Of a stretch of DNA of 64,000 bases, positions 63,318 through 64,000 are shown in pieces. Source of the DNA: Myxococcota bacterium. GTDB lineage: Bacteria; Myxococcota; JACRCW01. The first letter of the stretch is position 1; each line of letters starts with the position of its first letter. Made by a program: the position numbers and the translations under genes. The stretch lies in the NCBI GenBank assembly GCA_040752415.1, contig JBFMGU010000015.1:6458-70457 (forward strand). The letters run 5' to 3'. The notes beneath the pieces are model-generated. The model did no database searches. It was not told the DNA's origin and saw nothing but the letters and a program-made list of their open reading frames with translations.

Positions 63318-63999
63318 ATGGGGCGCGCGCGTCCGTGGGCGGGGCTCATCCTCCTGTGCGGGTTGTTCCCGTCGGGCGGCACCCGCCTGCTCGCGCAGGA
63401 CGGCGTGGGGCGGTTGGCGCGCGTGGAGGTGGCGCGGGGCTGGTCGTTGAGCCTGCCTGAGGGCGCCGCCGACGAGGCCGACGGTCCCATCCGCGCGCGT
63501 GGTCCGCTGCCCGGCGTGGCGGGGGCGTATTTCACCGTGGTGGTGGTGGAGTCGCCCTACGCGGAGGAGCCCAGGCCCGGCCAGGAAGGTGGCCCCAGGC
63601 CCCTGCCGCCGGAGACGGGCTACAGCGCCATGGGGGAGCCCCAGCCGGAGGCGGCGTGGTCGCGGGAGGGGATGGCGCGGGAGGATGTGTGGACGGACGC
63701 GGATGCGCGGCGGCTGTCCGGCATCACCTGGAAGGGGCTGCGCGGCACCGCCAAGCTCACCGACGAGAAACCGCGACGCCGGGGCCCGCCCGGACCCTGC
63801 GACCTCTGCCTCAACGCCAACATGTGCTGCCTGGCGCCGTGCGTGCAGCTCACGGGGTGCAACCTGTGTGCGTGTGGGGTCACGGCGGCGTTGTTTCCCT
63901 GCATCGTGGCCACGGCGGCGGAACGCACGTGCCTGGGGATGATCTTCGGGGAGGAGAAACCCGCCACGCTGGCGCGCGTGGTGGGGACGCTGCGGCTCT
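63318..63999 (+). CDS. Hypothetical secreted Cys-rich protein (3' end outside window)
   Basis: An ATG lies 13 nt after the ffh stop and the frame is open to the window end. The signal is MGRARPWAGLILLCGLF. The C-terminus is Cys-rich: CDLCLNANMCCLAPCVQLTGCNLCACG. Confidence 0.45.
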   Translation, partial: MGRARPWAGLILLCGLFPSGGTRLLAQDGVGRLARVEVARGWSLSLPEGAADEADGPIRARGPLPGVAGAYFTVVVVESPYAEEPRPGQEGGPRPLPPETGYSAMGEPQPEAAWSREGMAREDVWTDADARRLSGITWKGLRGTAKLTDEKPRRRGPPGPCDLCLNANMCCLAPCVQLTGCNLCACGVTAALFPCIVATAAERTCLGMIFGEEKPATLARVVGTLRL

Positions 64000-64000
64000 A

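Overview
This 64 kb window is a roughly 69% GC segment that looks Myxococcales-like. It has sigma-54/eSTK-rich signalling genes, a MYXO-CTERM tail, and DUF4388 and DUF4230 proteins. It is gene-dense, with about 58 protein genes, and looks like ordinary chromosome. I saw no rRNA, IS element, integrase or CRISPR array; tRNAs cannot be excluded by eye.

Recognisable blocks, in order:
- An LPP20-like lipoprotein and a FecR-domain protein.
- A very large STAND-type Ser/Thr kinase with kinase, P-loop NTPase and TPR parts.
- A secreted S8 subtilase with FG-GAP repeats and a MYXO-CTERM tail.
- A trans-sulfuration-family PLP enzyme.
- Two secreted proteins, one with a Ser-rich linker.
- A CysO (MoaD-type sulfur carrier) / CysM cysteine synthase pair.
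- A small Lys-rich basic protein whose gene ends in an A10 run.
- A DUF4388 protein, a HAD hydrolase and a GNAT acetyltransferase.
- A 7Fe ferredoxin translationally coupled to a UdgX-type family-4 uracil-DNA glycosylase that carries the GEQPG / KRRIH / HPSA motifs.
- A VIT-vWA protein with a TonB_C-like (AgmX/PglI-type) C-terminal domain.
- A cytochrome c', a TlpA-like redoxin, a small Cys lipoprotein and a DsbD_2-like membrane protein. These sit divergent from a complete cbb3 oxidase assembly cluster: ccoI, ccoS, a fused ccoNO, ccoQ, a monoheme ccoP and ccoG.
- Housekeeping genes: kbl-tdh, fumC, aceB-aceA, pepN, ffh, a CBS-containing S2P protease, a BI-1 homologue and a TolC homologue.

The most interesting signal is an in-frame TGA at 25094-25096. 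It sits exactly at the first Cys of the CxxC motif of the TlpA-like redoxin, and a SECIS-like hairpin follows it. The two 'fragment' ORFs on either side are therefore most plausibly one selenocysteine-containing periplasmic thiol:disulfide oxidoreductase. It lies in a cytochrome/copper maturation neighbourhood.

Other points worth a second look are an A_AAA_AAA slippery run that would fuse the basic protein to a downstream ORF by a -1 shift, a heptamer tandem repeat with a nested hairpin after cysM, and a pseudokinase-FGE fusion.

Coordinates read from the printed sequence may be off by 1 nt in places. ORF-track frames were used as the authority.
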